DNA of 63,795 nt, counting the filler, from Octopus bimaculoides (lineage: Eukaryota), in NCBI RefSeq assembly GCF_001194135.2. It is 6 parts of 6 records of this genome, joined end to end, with 100 filler letters (N's around TTAATTAATTAA, not from the genome) between each part and the next. Parts side by side here need not be neighbours in the genome. Positions count along the whole stretch, not along the records: positions 38,433 to 59,036 come from NC_069004.1; positions 59,137 to 60,234 come from NW_026334889.1; positions 60,335 to 62,503 come from NC_068990.1; positions 62,604 to 63,795 come from NC_069000.1; 2 more parts are not named here. One strand, 5' to 3'. This document shows, piece by piece, positions 50,881 to 63,795 of this stretch; within the stretch, counting starts at the first letter, position 1; every line of letters starts with the position of its first letter. Below the pieces are notes generated by a model, which worked only from the letters and a program-made list of their open reading frames with translations, made no database searches and was not told the origin of the DNA. The position numbers were made by a program, and so were the translations under genes.

Positions 50881-51312
50881 ACCCGTCCAGCTAACGTTTA
50901 AGGAGTACCGAGAAGATACGGCCAAGGGCTAAATTGCCTGGTCCCTAATGGCTGTAATCCTTTCGCCACCAATTCCTTGATCTAACTCTACGCTATGGGC
51001 AGACTTCGACTTTTGAGTAGGTAAGGACTTTGGTAAGCATTCGATATGACTAAAATAAATTCTTCAACAGAGTTAGAAAAGGTTTCACATCTCTCGTTGT
51101 TTCCAATATGGTGCTGATGCCATCCAAGCATGTTGCACCACCTGTATACATACACTCATATGTAACTATATACATATTCAACCTAAGGTGAAACAAAATA
51201 TATTTTGTCGAACTCATGATTATTAATCATATGTCTTGACTCCCAAAGCTTTTACTTTGAGTACCTTCTTTCTACATCTGTCATCTCCGTGAATACACAC
51301 GTGTGTGTGTGT

Positions 51313-51359
<47 letters not shown>

Positions 51360-51580
51360 CATATTCACACACATACATTCTGTATGCATACATGTACGCA
51401 TGTGTACATTTGTGCGTTTATTGTTGGGCTGTGATTACATAAATGACTCAAGTTTTGAGAGTTTCCTGCTGCTTGCACCTACACATACAAACACACACGC
51501 ATATATGCACATACACACATTTACGCTCCTTGTACATACACGTTCAAACTCAAGAGAGAGCATACGTATAAAAGCACCTA

Positions 51581-51631
<51 letters not shown>

Positions 51632-52438
51632 TTTTCTGTCTTATATCAAACACACAAACACACACACACACACACACACACATCCCACACAAATGCTAAC
51701 ACGTGTCCACATGTTATTTTCACATGTAAAAAGAAAAAGAAAGACAAGAAATAAAGCTGGGCGTTAATCCAGATTAAATCCTGGTCTAAAAAGAGAGATA
51801 ATCCTGGTTTAATACAAGAGTTAATCTTGGTTTAATGCAAGAGTTAAATCGAAGAGTCTTATCAAATTTTAATTTGTTTCTTCAATGCCAATTCTTGAGG
51901 AGANNNNNNNNNNNNNNNNNNNNNNNNNNNNNNNNNNNNNNNNNNNNNNNNNNNNNNNNNNNNNNNNNNNNNNNNNNNNNNNNNNNNNNNNNNNNNNNNN
52001 NNNNNNNNNNNNNNNNNNNNNNNNNNNNNNNNNNNNNNNNNNNNNNNNNNNNNNNNNNNNNNNNNNNNNNNNNNNNNNNNNNNNNNNNNNNNNNNNNNNN
52101 NNNNNNNNNNNNNNNNNNNNNNNNNNNNNNNNNNNNNNNNNNNNNNNNNNNNNNNNNNNNNNNNNNNNNNNNNNNNNNNNNNNNNNNNNNNNNNNNNNNN
52201 NNNNNNNNNNNNNNNNNNNNNNNNNNNNNNNNNNNNNNNNNNNNNNNNNNNNNNNNNNNNNNNNNNNNNNNNNNNNNNNNNNNNNNNNNNNNNNNNNNNN
52301 NNNNNNNNNNNNNNNNNNNNNNNNNNNNNAGTGGAATCGGTCAACAAAAATCCGTTTAGAAACCAGTTGTGTGTGCGTGTGTGTGCATGAGAGAGAGAAA
52401 GTGCGTATTTTCCAGCAAATATGTTTGTATGTATACAT

Positions 52439-52474
<36 letters not shown>

Positions 52475-52687
52475 TCTTTTCTACTCTAGGCACAAGGCCT
52501 AAAATTTTAGGGGTCGGGGCCAGTCGATTAGACCGATCCCAGTACGCATTTCATTTAATTTTTCTCCAATTTAATTGTTTTTCATGCTTTACTCAAAGTT
52601 GAAGAAGTCGCAACACTGAAAACGGTTCTAAAATGTTCTTCATGATAAAATTATTTTAGCAATTTCTACCTTGTCTTATTTTCCTTT

Positions 52688-52720
<33 letters not shown>

Positions 52721-53035
52721 ATGTATGTATATCTTGCTTTTCATTACTCTTTCTAATTCTCTCCCTCTCTCTCTGTATTTATCATTGTCTCTCTCGCATT
52801 CACACATATGCACTCTCGCTTTCCCCCTCTCTCTCTCCCGCTCTCTTACACACATGCATTCTTTCTGGCTTTCTTTATTTATTTGATTAACCGTGTCTTT
52901 ATCTTTTTATCTAAATATCTATTTATCTTTGTCTTATTGATCTGTCTTTATCCATTTACCAATCTATCTGCCATCATCTCTATCTAGCTATTTATCTGTC
53001 TACCTGTCTATCTGGCTACCTGTCTGGCTACCTGC

Positions 53036-53113
<78 letters not shown>

Positions 53114-53210
53114 GTTTACTTACCTATCTATCTAAACTATCCATCCACCCATCCATCTATATATCTATCTCTCTGTCTTTCTGTCAAGTTGTCTGTCTAC
53201 CTCTCACCAT

Positions 53211-53251
<41 letters not shown>

Positions 53252-53396
53252 TCTCTCTCTCTCCCCTCTCTATCTATCACTCTCTATCTATCTATCTCTC
53301 TNNNNNNNNNNNNNNNNNNNNNNNNNNNNNNNNNNNNNNNNNNNNNNNNNNNNNNNNNNNNNNNNNNNNNNNNNNNNNNNNNNNNNNNNNNNNNNN

Positions 53397-53469
<73 letters not shown>

Positions 53470-54042
53470 TCTCTCTCTTTCTCTCTGTTCAGTTCTTTGA
53501 AATGAAATATGTTTAAAATGTCCATTCTTTGACATTAATAGAAGACAATCGTTGTCCTGGTTCTTTGATTCCAAAACCTCAATGCTGCTCTCTCTCTCTC
53601 TCTCTCTCTCTCCCTCCCTCTCTCTCTCCCTCTCTCCCTCTCTCTCTTTCTCACTCCCCTTCCTACCTTTCCCACTCTCCCTCCTATCATCCTGTCTCTC
53701 TCCTCATCTCGCTCCCTACTCCCCTTCTTCCCACCCCTGCCACCACCACCTATTACTCTATTGAATAAATTCCTGATTCGCAAAGAACAAAAGGGTTCTT
53801 GACCATTAAAGAAGATGGTTCAAATATATTTTCGATAAAGTCTTGCTGTCTTTGTTACTATTGTGCTGCTGCTGCTGCGGCGGCGGTGGCGGTGGTGTTT
53901 TTGTTAGAGGTGTTAATGTTGATGTTGTTAGTGATGATAGTGGAGGAGTGCTAGTGGTAGTGTTTGTATTGGTGCTAGAGATGGTGGTGGTGATGGTGGT
54001 GTGTGGTGGATGTGGAGGTGGTAGTGGTAGTGATTATTTTGC

Positions 54043-54078
<36 letters not shown>

Positions 54079-54833
54079 AGATGGTGGTCGTCTTTATGAT
54101 GCTGTTGACAGTGGTAGTGGTGTCGGTGGTAGTGGTGTCGGTGGTGGTGGTGTCAGTGGTGGTGGTGTCGGTGGTGGCACATTTGTTGTTTTTCTTATTG
54201 TTGATGTTCTTGTTATTGTCGTCGTTGGTTTATCATTTCTTTTTAAATTTTCTTTCATTTTCCTTCTTTTTTTCTTCTTCTGTTCTTTTTGTTGTTGTTA
54301 TTGTTATTGCAGTTGTTTTAACAATGCTATTTTCCTTTCATTTTTTTTTGTTCTTTTTTGCTTTCATTTCTATTATTTTTTCCCTTTTATTTTCTATTTT
54401 TTGTGGTGTTTTGGGGCAATTAATTACCACATCGTGTTTGAATATTAAATTTGATTCCATTGTTCAATTTCTCCATTTTTTTTGTCTTTGATTTATCGAT
54501 GCTGTTCTCCAATCGGATTCTTAGAGGAAAATTATTTGACGAAAACAAAAGAAAAAAATTAATGAAGAAAAACAAACTAAAAAGAGAGCAGAAATTTAAA
54601 AGGAAGACACACAAAAAAAAAAAAACAGCAAAAAGCTGAAATTTTCCCATGCAAACATGGAGGTAATAAAGAAATGAAAATATTTTAATCTTCAAAATTT
54701 GCAACTTCTAAGCGACCCCACAAATTCAGCCGAACCCGTGTTTCTGTGCATCCAATCTACTCCACCCACTCGAAAAATACATTGGCTGAGAAAAACCTTT
54801 GACAAATGGTGTAAAAAGAAAACATGTATTATG

Positions 54834-54881
<48 letters not shown>

Positions 54882-55000
54882 GAAGAGAGAGACAGGCAGA
54901 CAGACAAACAGACAGACAGATAGATAGGTAGATAGACAGATATACAGGTTGATGTACATACATATATATGTATGTATATATATATATATATATATATATA

Positions 55001-55770
55001 AACATGGTTTGATCAGTAAGTATCAGGACTGTTCCTATAGTAACGAAACTAAACTGCGCAGAGTGAAGCCGCTTGGCACAATTTGACCTTGAACTCTGCT
55101 GTGTATGCGCACAAAGTTTTAACGTTCTAGCTCACTCCAGCTGTTTACAGCAGTGCTTGCAAGGAACGTGTGTAGCGTGGATCGTTGTGTTGACCATGAC
55201 AGAGAAAGTTGTGCAGAGAATCTGCATCAAATTTTGCCAAAAGCTTGGCGATACCTTCTCAGAGGCCTACGCAAAGTTTGCAAAAAGTTTTCATCGTTCT
55301 CCACACAATCAAGGAGTTCTTGTGCAATTGAAACCCGAGTGTCCTTTTGGTCAGCTGAAAGCAGTTTTGGGATAATCTTGGCAGACGCGCGTCTCATATC
55401 CAAATCTTCAGTCATTATGGACTGAATTAAACGGCAACTAATCTGAACATCCTCATGTTTTACTCAGTTCTGTTGGTTCCAGATCTCCTAGAACGTTCGT
55501 CGATATCGAAATCATTTTGGTCATCTTGGAAACGCCTAAACAACTTGTACGCTTGTGTGCGGCTCATACACTCCTCTCCGTACACTTTCTACAACTTTGT
55601 GTAGGTCTCTGAGCAGGTATCGCCATGACAACTTTCTCAGTCGTGGTCAATATGACGATCACACGCTACACACCTTCCTTCCAAGTACTGCTGTAAACAG
55701 CGGAAGAGAGCTAGAACGTTAAAACTTAATGCGCATGCGCAACAGAGTTCAGGATCAATCTGTGCGAAGG
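55001..55770. mobile_element. Mariner remnant made of two 5' halves in inverted orientation
   Basis: Plus strand: TIR-like TGATCAGTAAGTATCAGGACTG, then MTEKVVQRICIKFCQKLGDTFSEAYAK from 55196. Minus strand: the same leader, then GDTCSETYTKL*KVYGEECMSRTQAYKLFRRFQ and MTEDLDMRRASAKIIPKLLSADQKDTRVSIAQELL (mariner HTH regions and WVPxxL-equivalent linker). Confidence 0.85.
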
Positions 55771-56310
55771 AGTACGAAACGGATGATGATGACGATGATG
55801 ATGATAATGATGATGACGATTATGATGACAATGATGATGATGGGTGGTGGTAGTGATGACGATGATGATGACAAACTCATTTTCCCCCATCCATCAACCA
55901 CACATTCTCGTCGCAACAACAACAGTAATAACAATAATAATTATCGTCATTGTTGCTGTTGTTGTTGTGGTCGTCGTCGCTATTATCCTTTCGTCTACGT
56001 GGGGTGGGGAGAGCGGGCGGAAGGAGGATGGTCCAGGTCTCCTTTGTTTTCTCGCTTCTCTATATTTCATGTCTTTTGTTGTCTTCGTCGTTTTGTGGAG
56101 GGAAAAAGACAAAAAGTAATGAATTTTCAACAATTCAAGACAGCGACTGGGAATTGTGGGATATCCAGGTTTAATGTGGAATTTTTATTATTTCTGTAAA
56201 ATAGCGGCGCCGGCGGTGGCGAGGGCGGCAGCGAGGGCAGCGGCGGCGACGGGTCTGAATCGCTAGAGTTATAAATTGCTTGATGATATGTAGGTGCATG
56301 TACGCATATA

Positions 56311-56444
<134 letters not shown>

Positions 56445-56584
56445 CGTGGCTTAGTGGTCTGGGTGTTGCACTCACAATCACCAGATCGTGGGTTCGATTC
56501 TCAGACAGAGCATTTCACATTGCTCTACGATCATTTCCATGTCTGACGTGTGGCACACAGGTGTATATGTGTGCGTATGTGTGT

Positions 56585-56764
56585 CTCTGAGTGTGGGTGT
56601 ATGTGTGTGTGGTAAGAGGTTTGCTTCCTAAATACATGGTTCCGGGTTCAATCCAACTGAGTGACACCTTGGCCAAATGTCTTCTACTATAGCCTTGGGC
56701 CGACAAAGCTTTGTGAGTGGATTTGGTAGACGGAAACTGAAAGAAGCCCGTCGTATATATACAT

Positions 56765-56818
<54 letters not shown>

Positions 56819-57020
56819 CTTTGAGTCGGTGTTTTCCCTCACCGCTGCTTGAAGACCGGACTTGGTTTGTTTACGTCTCCGAAACTTGACGATTCGGCAA
56901 AAGAGAACGACAGAATATATACCAGGTTTAAAAAAAAACTCCTCTGGTCCCTTTGTTGGAGTAAAGCCCTTCGAAGCGGTGCCCCAGCATGGCCGCAGTC
57001 AAATGACTGAATCATTCAAA
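56585..57020 (+). mobile_element. SINE family A, near full length
   Basis: GTGTGGTAAGAGGTTTGCTTCC..GGTTCCGGGTTCAATCC head to GCGGTGCCCCAGCATGGCCGCAGTCAAATGACTGAA tail. Confidence 0.85.
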
Positions 57021-58177
57021 ATATAGAAGATAAACTATCATCGCTACCCTTGTCTGTGTGTCCTCCGATTGTTTTTCTTTGGCCATCGTCGACTTTGCCG
57101 TTCATTCTTCTGGGATAGAGATCGATAAAATAAAGTACCAGCCAAATGGTGGGGGCAGGGGTTAACTCATAATGGCATCGCAGGGGCAGCGTGCCATGTG
57201 TGGTGTGTTTTTGGTGATTTGAAACCCATTCCTCTGCGAGTCTAAATACAGACGGTTTCTTTGAACGAGACAGACTGAAGGCGAATGAACTGGACTGGTA
57301 CTTTATTTATCGACCCTGAAAAATGAGAGGTAAAGCTGGGGCCGTTGGAATTTGAACTTGGATCGTAGAGAGCTGGAACGTGTATTGCAAAGCCTTTTAT
57401 CCCATGATTTAACGACTCGATCAACCCATCGTCTGGAGTTGATTAAATTTACTGAGGTCTTCCTTCTCCACCATCGCCACGACTGAGACAAATAAACGTA
57501 GCCATGTTATGACTGTGTCTAGAAATCCTTTATTACGTTGACTGTGAAATGTTAGGAAGAGGATGTGTTTGAAAGAAGGGTTATGACAGAGAACAACAGA
57601 TTATGGAATAATAGAAAGAAAAAGAAAAAAGCGCGAAAATTCTTTGAGAAGAAAAGGAAAGGCCAAACAGAACTTGAAAAAGCAAAAATAGTAGAATTAA
57701 TTTTGTTAATGTTATAAAGTTGGGTGAGATTTAACGAGATTTAAACAAGATTTAAACGAGATTACGTACGGCCGTGAAATGTAATTCTATCTCGTGAATG
57801 GAATGTGAGGTGAAAGCAGAAGTGGGGGAGACGAGGTGAGAGCGGTGGGGGGGGAGGCAAGAATGTAACACGTATCGATGTTAATAACGTTTAATATGAG
57901 GTTGTTGGGAGGGAAGCGGAATTGTCGTAATAATAATAGAGACGTGTTGTTAAAATGGCAGTGAGGCTACAATAAATATTGTTGGAAGACGAGCGTTGTA
58001 GTTTCTTTGAAGCATTGTGATACCGAAGTAAATTAACAAACAATAAAGATGCAGGGCTTCTTACAAGGCAAAAAGGGAAAGTTAAGCACAAAGACCTGAA
58101 ATCATCAGAACTGAACCGTAACTGCCCTTACAGCGAACAACATGGCTGAATATACGCAAACTTAGATTCTTGTAAGC

Positions 58178-58381
58178 CAGTGATTCTCAACCGGGGTCCA
58201 TATGGCCCTTAAGGTTCCATGTAAGAATTCGTTGTAAAAAGTTATCTGCAATAAATTGGTTAAACAACACACAAGATATTTTAATTTTTTTATAACTAGG
58301 AAACTAGTCCGTTAGAAAATCTCTGTTCGAGATAGAAGCAGGGTACGAAGCAAAAAAAAAGTATTGCTTATGGCCACCACT
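58178..58381 (+). mobile_element. Possible hAT-derived MITE, one recognisable end
   Basis: Begins CAGTGATTCTCAACCGGGG, resembling Charlie/hAT TIRs; the right end is degenerate. Confidence 0.4.
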
Positions 58382-58384
58382 TTA

Positions 58385-58427
<43 letters not shown>

Positions 58428-58978
58428 TCATAAACTTTCGAGAGAAGGTGGGGGGTTTTTTTAATCTTCAGAATAGCGAATCTGGAAGCACGCATTAAAC
58501 TATAAGTGATAACATATAAATATTGGAGTGAAAAACACTGCTTGTGAGATTCGAACCCGCATTTCTCATAGATATCACACACACACATACATATTTATGT
58601 ATATTTATGTAAAGTAATATACGAATATATTGCATATTAAATTGAAGGAACAATTCAAAACTTTTTAGACGAGTAAAATGTCTGGGAAATGGTTGTCAGT
58701 AACTTCTAAGTTTCGGATTACTCGCCATCATCAGAATGTAACATGTATAAGTACGTTTGTGTATGTGCGCACGTGAATGTGTGTGTGCGTGAGTGTGTGT
58801 GTGCGTGTGTGTGTGCGTGTGTGTGTGTATGTGTGTGTGTTTGTGTGTACATACATAGAACCAACCAACATACATGCATACATACGTATAGCTTCAATTT
58901 ACAGATCTAGAGTTTTTGCAGTTACAGGTCACTAACAGCTATACTGAATGACAGCTTTCTTATTCATCTCACACGCGT

Positions 58979-59036
<58 letters not shown>

Positions 59037-59136
59037 NNNNNNNNNNNNNNNNNNNNNNNNNNNNNNNNNNNNNNNNNNNNTTAATTAATTAANNNNNNNN
59101 NNNNNNNNNNNNNNNNNNNNNNNNNNNNNNNNNNNN

Positions 59137-60234
59137 TAAATAAAGATATATATATATATATATAAATAAATATATATATATATATAAAATAAATATATAA
59201 ATATAAATATATATATAAATAAATATATAAATAGATAAATATAGATATGTGTATATATATATGAATAAAAAATAGATATGAATAAATATATATCTATATA
59301 CATAAATAGATAAATATATATATGTATAAATACATAAATAAATAATAAATATAAATATATATTTATATATATATATATAGAGAGAGAGAGAGAAATGAAT
59401 AAATAAATATATAAATATAAAAAATTAAATAAATAAATAAATATATATAAATAAATGAACAACTATATATATAAATAAATGAATAAATATATATATAAAT
59501 AAATATATAAATATATTTATTTATTTATTTATGTGTTTCAGCCAAGTGGCTGCGGTCATGCTGGTGCACCACCGTGATTTTCACGTTCCTTGCATGGCTC
59601 TTCTCCCCCACCTGACATGGTCCAATCAAGAGTTTTGATGGCACATCTGGTGTATAAGAGAATTTGACATAGCTGCTCTAAACTGCATCTCATTACGAGC
59701 CATTGGTTCGTCTGGTATCGTGGAGAGGAAAGCGTCAAGTTTTGTCTTGAAGACCTCCACATCCATGTCTTGCATATCTCTCAAATGTATATTAAATATA
59801 TAAATAAAAAGTCAATATATATATACATAAATAAATAAATATATATATACATAAATAAATATATATAAATAAATAAATATATATAAATAAATATATATAA
59901 AGATACAAATAAATATATATATAAATATAAATAAATATATACATACGTACAAGTAAATATATATAAATATATGTGTAAATATAAATATATATATATATAT
60001 ATAAATATATACATATATATATATAAATATATACATATATATATATATAAATATAAATCAATATATAAATATATATGTATATATAAATAAATATATATAA
60101 ATAAATATATATATATAATTATATATACATAAATAAATATATAACTATATATATATAAATATATATATATATAAATGTATATAAATAAATATATATAACT
60201 ATATATATATATATATAAATATATATATATATAT
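59137..60234. repeat. AT-rich low-complexity (ATAA/AT)n block interrupted by a CR1 fragment
   Basis: Directly visible; source of the IY-repeat ORFs. Confidence 0.95.
59520..59785 (-). mobile_element. 3' end of a CR1-like LINE
   Basis: Minus strand [52 protein letters not shown] (FKxxLDxFLxxIPDxP C-terminal pattern), short 3' UTR and (AATA)n tail. Confidence 0.8.
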
Positions 60235-60334
60235 NNNNNNNNNNNNNNNNNNNNNNNNNNNNNNNNNNNNNNNNNNNNTTAATTAATTAANNNNNNNNNN
60301 NNNNNNNNNNNNNNNNNNNNNNNNNNNNNNNNNN

Positions 60335-60368
<34 letters not shown>

Positions 60369-61325
60369 GCGCATACATGTATGAATACATACATATGTAT
60401 GCATGCATACATACATACACACACACACAGACACACACACGCACACCCACATATATATATACATTTTCTGGATTCTAAAGAAACACGTACTTAATTAGTA
60501 AAAGCAGCAAGGTAGAGTCGACAATAGCACACCTGTGTATTGACAAGGAATACTGATATACGCATACCTAGTAGAGTAAATATAGTTTTGTCCTTCTAGT
60601 TATATCCTTCTTTATATAAATTTGTTTTGTCAGTGTATTTACTGCGCTGATATTCTGTCCGTATCGCACGAGGAGTTTTTAGGCGGGCTATTTAACCTAG
60701 TCGTGTACATACGTGCATATATATGTGTGTATACGTCCGTATATGTAAGTATACTGTTTATATACATATATTGGTATTTATGTGCTTGAGTATATTCCAC
60801 CGATGAAGGCAAAGCATTATTTATGCAAAGCCANNNNNNNNNNNNNNNNNNNNNNNNNNNNNNNNNNNNNNNNNNNNNNNNNNNNNNNNNNNNNNNNNNN
60901 NNNNNNNNNNNNNNNNNNNNNNNNNNNNNNNNNNNNNNNNNNNNNNNNNNNNNNNNNNNNNNNNNNNNNNNNNNNNNNNNNNNNNNNNNNNNNNNNNNNN
61001 NNNNNNNNNNNNNNNNNNNNNNNNNNNNNNNNNNNNNNNNNNNNNNNNNNNNNNNNNNNNNNNNNNNNNNNNNNNNNNNNNNNNNNNNNNNNNNNNNNNN
61101 NNNNNNNNNNNNNNNNNNNNNNNNNNNNNNNNNNNNNNNNNNNNNNNNNNNNNNNNNNNNNNNNNNNNNNNNNNNNNNNNNNNNATATATATGCATAAAT
61201 ATATATTCAGTAGTATGTACATCAGGGTACGTGTTAGAGGGTACGTCTATATGTATTTGAATGATGGGGAAAACGTTTTCTCTAGTAGTTTGTGAGCATG
61301 CGTGCATGTAAATTGTAGCTTTGTT

Positions 61326-61382
61326 CAGTAATCCCTTGACCATCGCGGGTGTTACGTTCAAAAACCTCCCTCGATAGGTGAA
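61326..61382 (+). mobile_element. Possible pogo/Tigger terminal fragment
   Basis: CAGTAATCCCT..ATCGCGGGTGTTACGTTC..CGATAGGTGAAA resembles Tigger-type left ends; partner end not found. Confidence 0.35.
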
Positions 61383-62645
61383 ACAATTGTATATTTGCAT
61401 ATATTTATTTTATTAGCGTTATATATTTAAGCATTTATATGCTCCCCACCAGATTCTTCAGAGTACCCGTGTCTTCTCATTTTTGAGGGTGAGGCACATA
61501 GTGAAGGGCGGTAGCTGGCGCTGCATTTTCTTCTGTGTAAGGTGTTTTTTTATAAACTTCCATATCAGTTACGAAGTCTCGTTTCTGTAGCAAATTCAGA
61601 TACATCAAAGTATGCATAAAGATAGTAACTTTTGTATGTTGAAGCTGGCGGGAGAAAGTTACGGATAATAAGATGTAGGACTGTAGAGCGTTTAAAGAAA
61701 CATGGAAGTGTCGGGAAACGGTAGATGAGGAGTTTCACGGTCTATGGTTATGAGAAGAAGTGAAGGTTCAGAAGAGAATGAAACGTAGCTGAAGAATCAA
61801 AGGACACGGTTAATGTTATGGATGGGAAACGGAAGAAAACAACTAAGATAACTGAATGAAGTCGAGTTAACATCATTTGAGCAGTTATAGAATGGCTAGG
61901 ACTTTACACACACTCACACGCGCACGCACACACACACACACACAGCGGGTTTCCTTCATTTCTCTCTACGAATTCATTTCACAAGGCTTTGGTCGGTCCA
62001 TGGGCACTTGCCTATGGTGCTACGCAGTTAGAATGAACATGGAAGAGTGTGTGGTTAGGAAGCAAACCTCTTACCACAAAACTACGTTTGCGCGTATATG
62101 AATGCGTAAATATATGTGTATAGATACGTCCCTTAACTCGCACAAATGCACACATACACGTATGGCAGCAGTGAAATGGAACAACCCCGATACTTTCTTT
62201 CTTTATGTCGTCTACCGACATATAATTCTGCGAGAATTTACACCTGAAAAAATTATTTTCTTTCGAGTTAACAATTTATACTATATATCAAATGCACTCT
62301 AATACTTTTGCGAGATAGGATCTTCACTCACTGGGAAGATTTTGAATTTTGAAATACTTTAAATTTTAACTCAAATTACCATTTAATTGTGGCTCAATTT
62401 AATAATATGAATTCCTTTTTAGAAGAATACACTTGTTTATGTAATCGATTTGCCTATCTTTATATCTATCTGTATATGTATGTATATATATATATATATA
62501 TATNNNNNNNNNNNNNNNNNNNNNNNNNNNNNNNNNNNNNNNNNNNNTTAATTAATTAANNNNNNNNNNNNNNNNNNNNNNNNNNNNNNNNNNNNNNNNN
62601 NNNATATACTCCTTCGAACCCACAAGAGTTAACAAGTGAAACAGA

Positions 62646-62679
<34 letters not shown>

Positions 62680-62680
<1 letters not shown>

Positions 62681-63170
62681 TAGCAGAAATAGCCATCGTT
62701 GATAAGGTAATTGCTTTTACTGTTTCTACTGAACCACATTCATCGTATTATTATATATATAATTTACTCATTCTTGAATGTAATGGTAAATTAAATTATT
62801 GAAGTATTCATGTTGCATTATGAGTGAATATTTCTTTATAAACAATGTTTTTTTTTTGTTTGTTTGTTTGTTTTTGTCTTATTTCAGACTGCATAACCAA
62901 AAAGATTTGCTTTTTCTCCCACGCGTGATGCTGCTACATAAAGTTGGCCATGTGAAAAGCATGGTTCTTCAAGTTGTAATCCAGCAACTTTTCGTGTTTG
63001 GTCCTGACTTTTATTAATGCTCATGGCAAAAGAAGGTGAGATCGGAAACTGTAACGGCTTAAATTGGAATAGGACATTAGATGGTATAACTAGTGTGCGA
63101 GGAAGGAAGACGGTGTCATCTTTACCGCAACCAGTGAGAATATTTACTTCAATGCAGTTCCTCATAAGGG
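62680..63170 (-). mobile_element. Helitron 3' remnant: PIF1 helicase C-terminus and CTAG terminus
   Basis: ORF 62884-63165 has FAMSINKSQDQT..GLQLEEPCFSHGQLYVAASRV (Helitron PIF1 motifs V-VI); the minus strand ends ...TATTTCTGCTAG|T at 62680. Confidence 0.9.
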
Positions 63171-63759
63171 AACCATGCAGCTACCCAATAAAGAAACCAT
63201 GATTAATGTATTTTTCTTTTGACCTGAAAACCACGAGTGTCATAGAAAGTTCACGGATGAAAACAGGTGACCTACATCGACTCACCTCTTGTTCTCAACG
63301 GTATGCACACCTGTATAGCTGTTGTGTATATTATTATAAATACAATCATTTGGAGAAACAAGAGAGAAAGAGAACAGGTCGACTGATACGAAATACCGTC
63401 TCGACAGAATGTCATAGAGAGACAGCTATGGAATTCACCAACGATAGAATTGTCCTGCCCACCCCTCTCTTACTTTTTCACTCACTCACTTTCGTTTCCA
63501 CATCACTTGATCTATTTAGTTACGGTTGCTAGAACGACAGAGAATAACTAAGTCCAATGCTATATACCCTTTTACAGGAAAATATAACTCTCGTTACCTC
63601 AAATGCTATCCAAATGTTTTTATACAGGCCTGCCCGTCGTGGTTTGATTTTAATTATATGTAATGAAGAAATAAATATGTTATTTACAACTTCGGCTGAT
63701 GTCTTTCTTTCATGGCACCAACATCACCATCTTCGACTTCCAATATATGCATTATCCGT

Positions 63760-63795
<36 letters not shown>

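Noticed and set aside
53843-54448. 201-aa Gly/Ser/Val-rich, hydrophobic ORF
   Set aside because: Composed of (GGT/AGT/GTT)n and T-rich low-complexity sequence with no domain signal.

Overview
Eukaryotic, repeat-dense and gap-rich DNA, most likely Octopus (inferred from the SINE families, the extreme microsatellite load and the intron-exon structure). The only host gene I can support is DDX20/Gemin3: coding exons 1 and 2 lie on the minus strand at 17566-17761 and 16436-16530, and I could not find later exons in the window. The rest is mostly mobile DNA: several tRNA-derived SINE families; LINE remnants (Tx1/L1-like, R4/Dong-like in (AAT)n, CR1); Gypsy-type solo LTRs with 4-bp TSDs; a pogo-like MITE; an 8-bp-TSD TIR element; a foldback mariner; and a Helitron 3' end. 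The most unusual structure is a non-coding LTR mini-element at about 20.3-21.5 kb. Its LTR-end/tRNA-Trp primer-binding-site junction is repeated four times in tandem with polarised decay, and a second diverged LTR copy at 24.5-25.7 kb carries a 142-codon stop-free frame. Nearly all ORFs in the supplied track are microsatellite or N-gap artefacts. There are no CRISPR arrays, rRNA genes or bona fide tRNA genes. No search was run, so novelty is untested and boundaries of degenerate repeats are approximate.
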